From a virus (lineage: Duplodnaviria > Caudoviricetes), in the IMG/VR virus record IMGVR_UViG_3300025288_000094, positions 1 to 26,868 of that record: a DNA stretch of 26,868 nt. The stretch is one strand, 5' to 3'. Below the pieces are notes generated by a model. The model had not been told where the DNA came from. It saw nothing but the letters and a program-made list of their open reading frames with translations, and ran no database searches. This document shows, piece by piece, positions 26,793-26,868 of the stretch; position 1 is the first letter of the stretch, and each line of letters begins with the position of its first letter. The position numbers and the translations under genes are program-made.

Positions 26793-26868
26793 GGCTTCAC
26801 ATTGCCCATGCGCTCGGCGTTGCGTCGGTAGGACCAGAAGAGAGGCGGTAGGACCAGAAGAGAGGCGG
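26789..26868 (-). CDS. 3' end of an upstream minus-strand gene (partial)
   Basis: Open frame ...PPLFWSYRRNAERMGNVKP* ending at TGA 26791-26789, coupled to the next GTG. Confidence 0.35.
   Translation of the reverse strand, partial: ASLLVLPPLFWSYRRNAERMGNVKP
26826..26868. repeat. Perfect 20-bp tandem repeat running off the window end
   Basis: cggtaggaccagaagagagg x2 plus cgg. Confidence 0.9.

Noticed and set aside
26826-26868. Possible CRISPR array
   Set aside because: Repeats are contiguous with no spacers, and no cas genes are present.

Overview
GC-rich window (roughly 65% by eye) holding the late morphogenesis and lysis region of a contractile-tailed phage or prophage. About 30 tightly packed + strand genes, many with overlapping stop/start codons, run in this order: repeat-containing structural protein, head-tail connector, head closure, tail completion, IPT/TIG-terminator fusion, sheath, T4-gp19-like tube, CxxC tail chaperone plus a -1-frame partner ORF, tape measure, tube initiator, LysM, gpD hub, gpV spike, helical protein, gp25, baseplate J, accessory structural proteins, gpI-like wedge, tail fibre and a six-gene putative lysis cassette. 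Convergent - strand genes start at the right end. The tail genes resemble the Afp/PVC eCIS type, but the neck genes argue for a true phage. A myxobacterial host is a recollection-based inference. The most unusual signals are: (1) a related ~100-bp quasi-palindromic element in each of the three large intergenic gaps, 11-12 kb apart, two of them upstream of apparent leaderless promoters; (2) domains nested inside other domains, with one module shared by the sheath and a baseplate protein; (3) a candidate -1 frameshift in the chaperone; (4) a non-canonical lysis cassette. All product calls come from motif recognition and gene order, with no database search.
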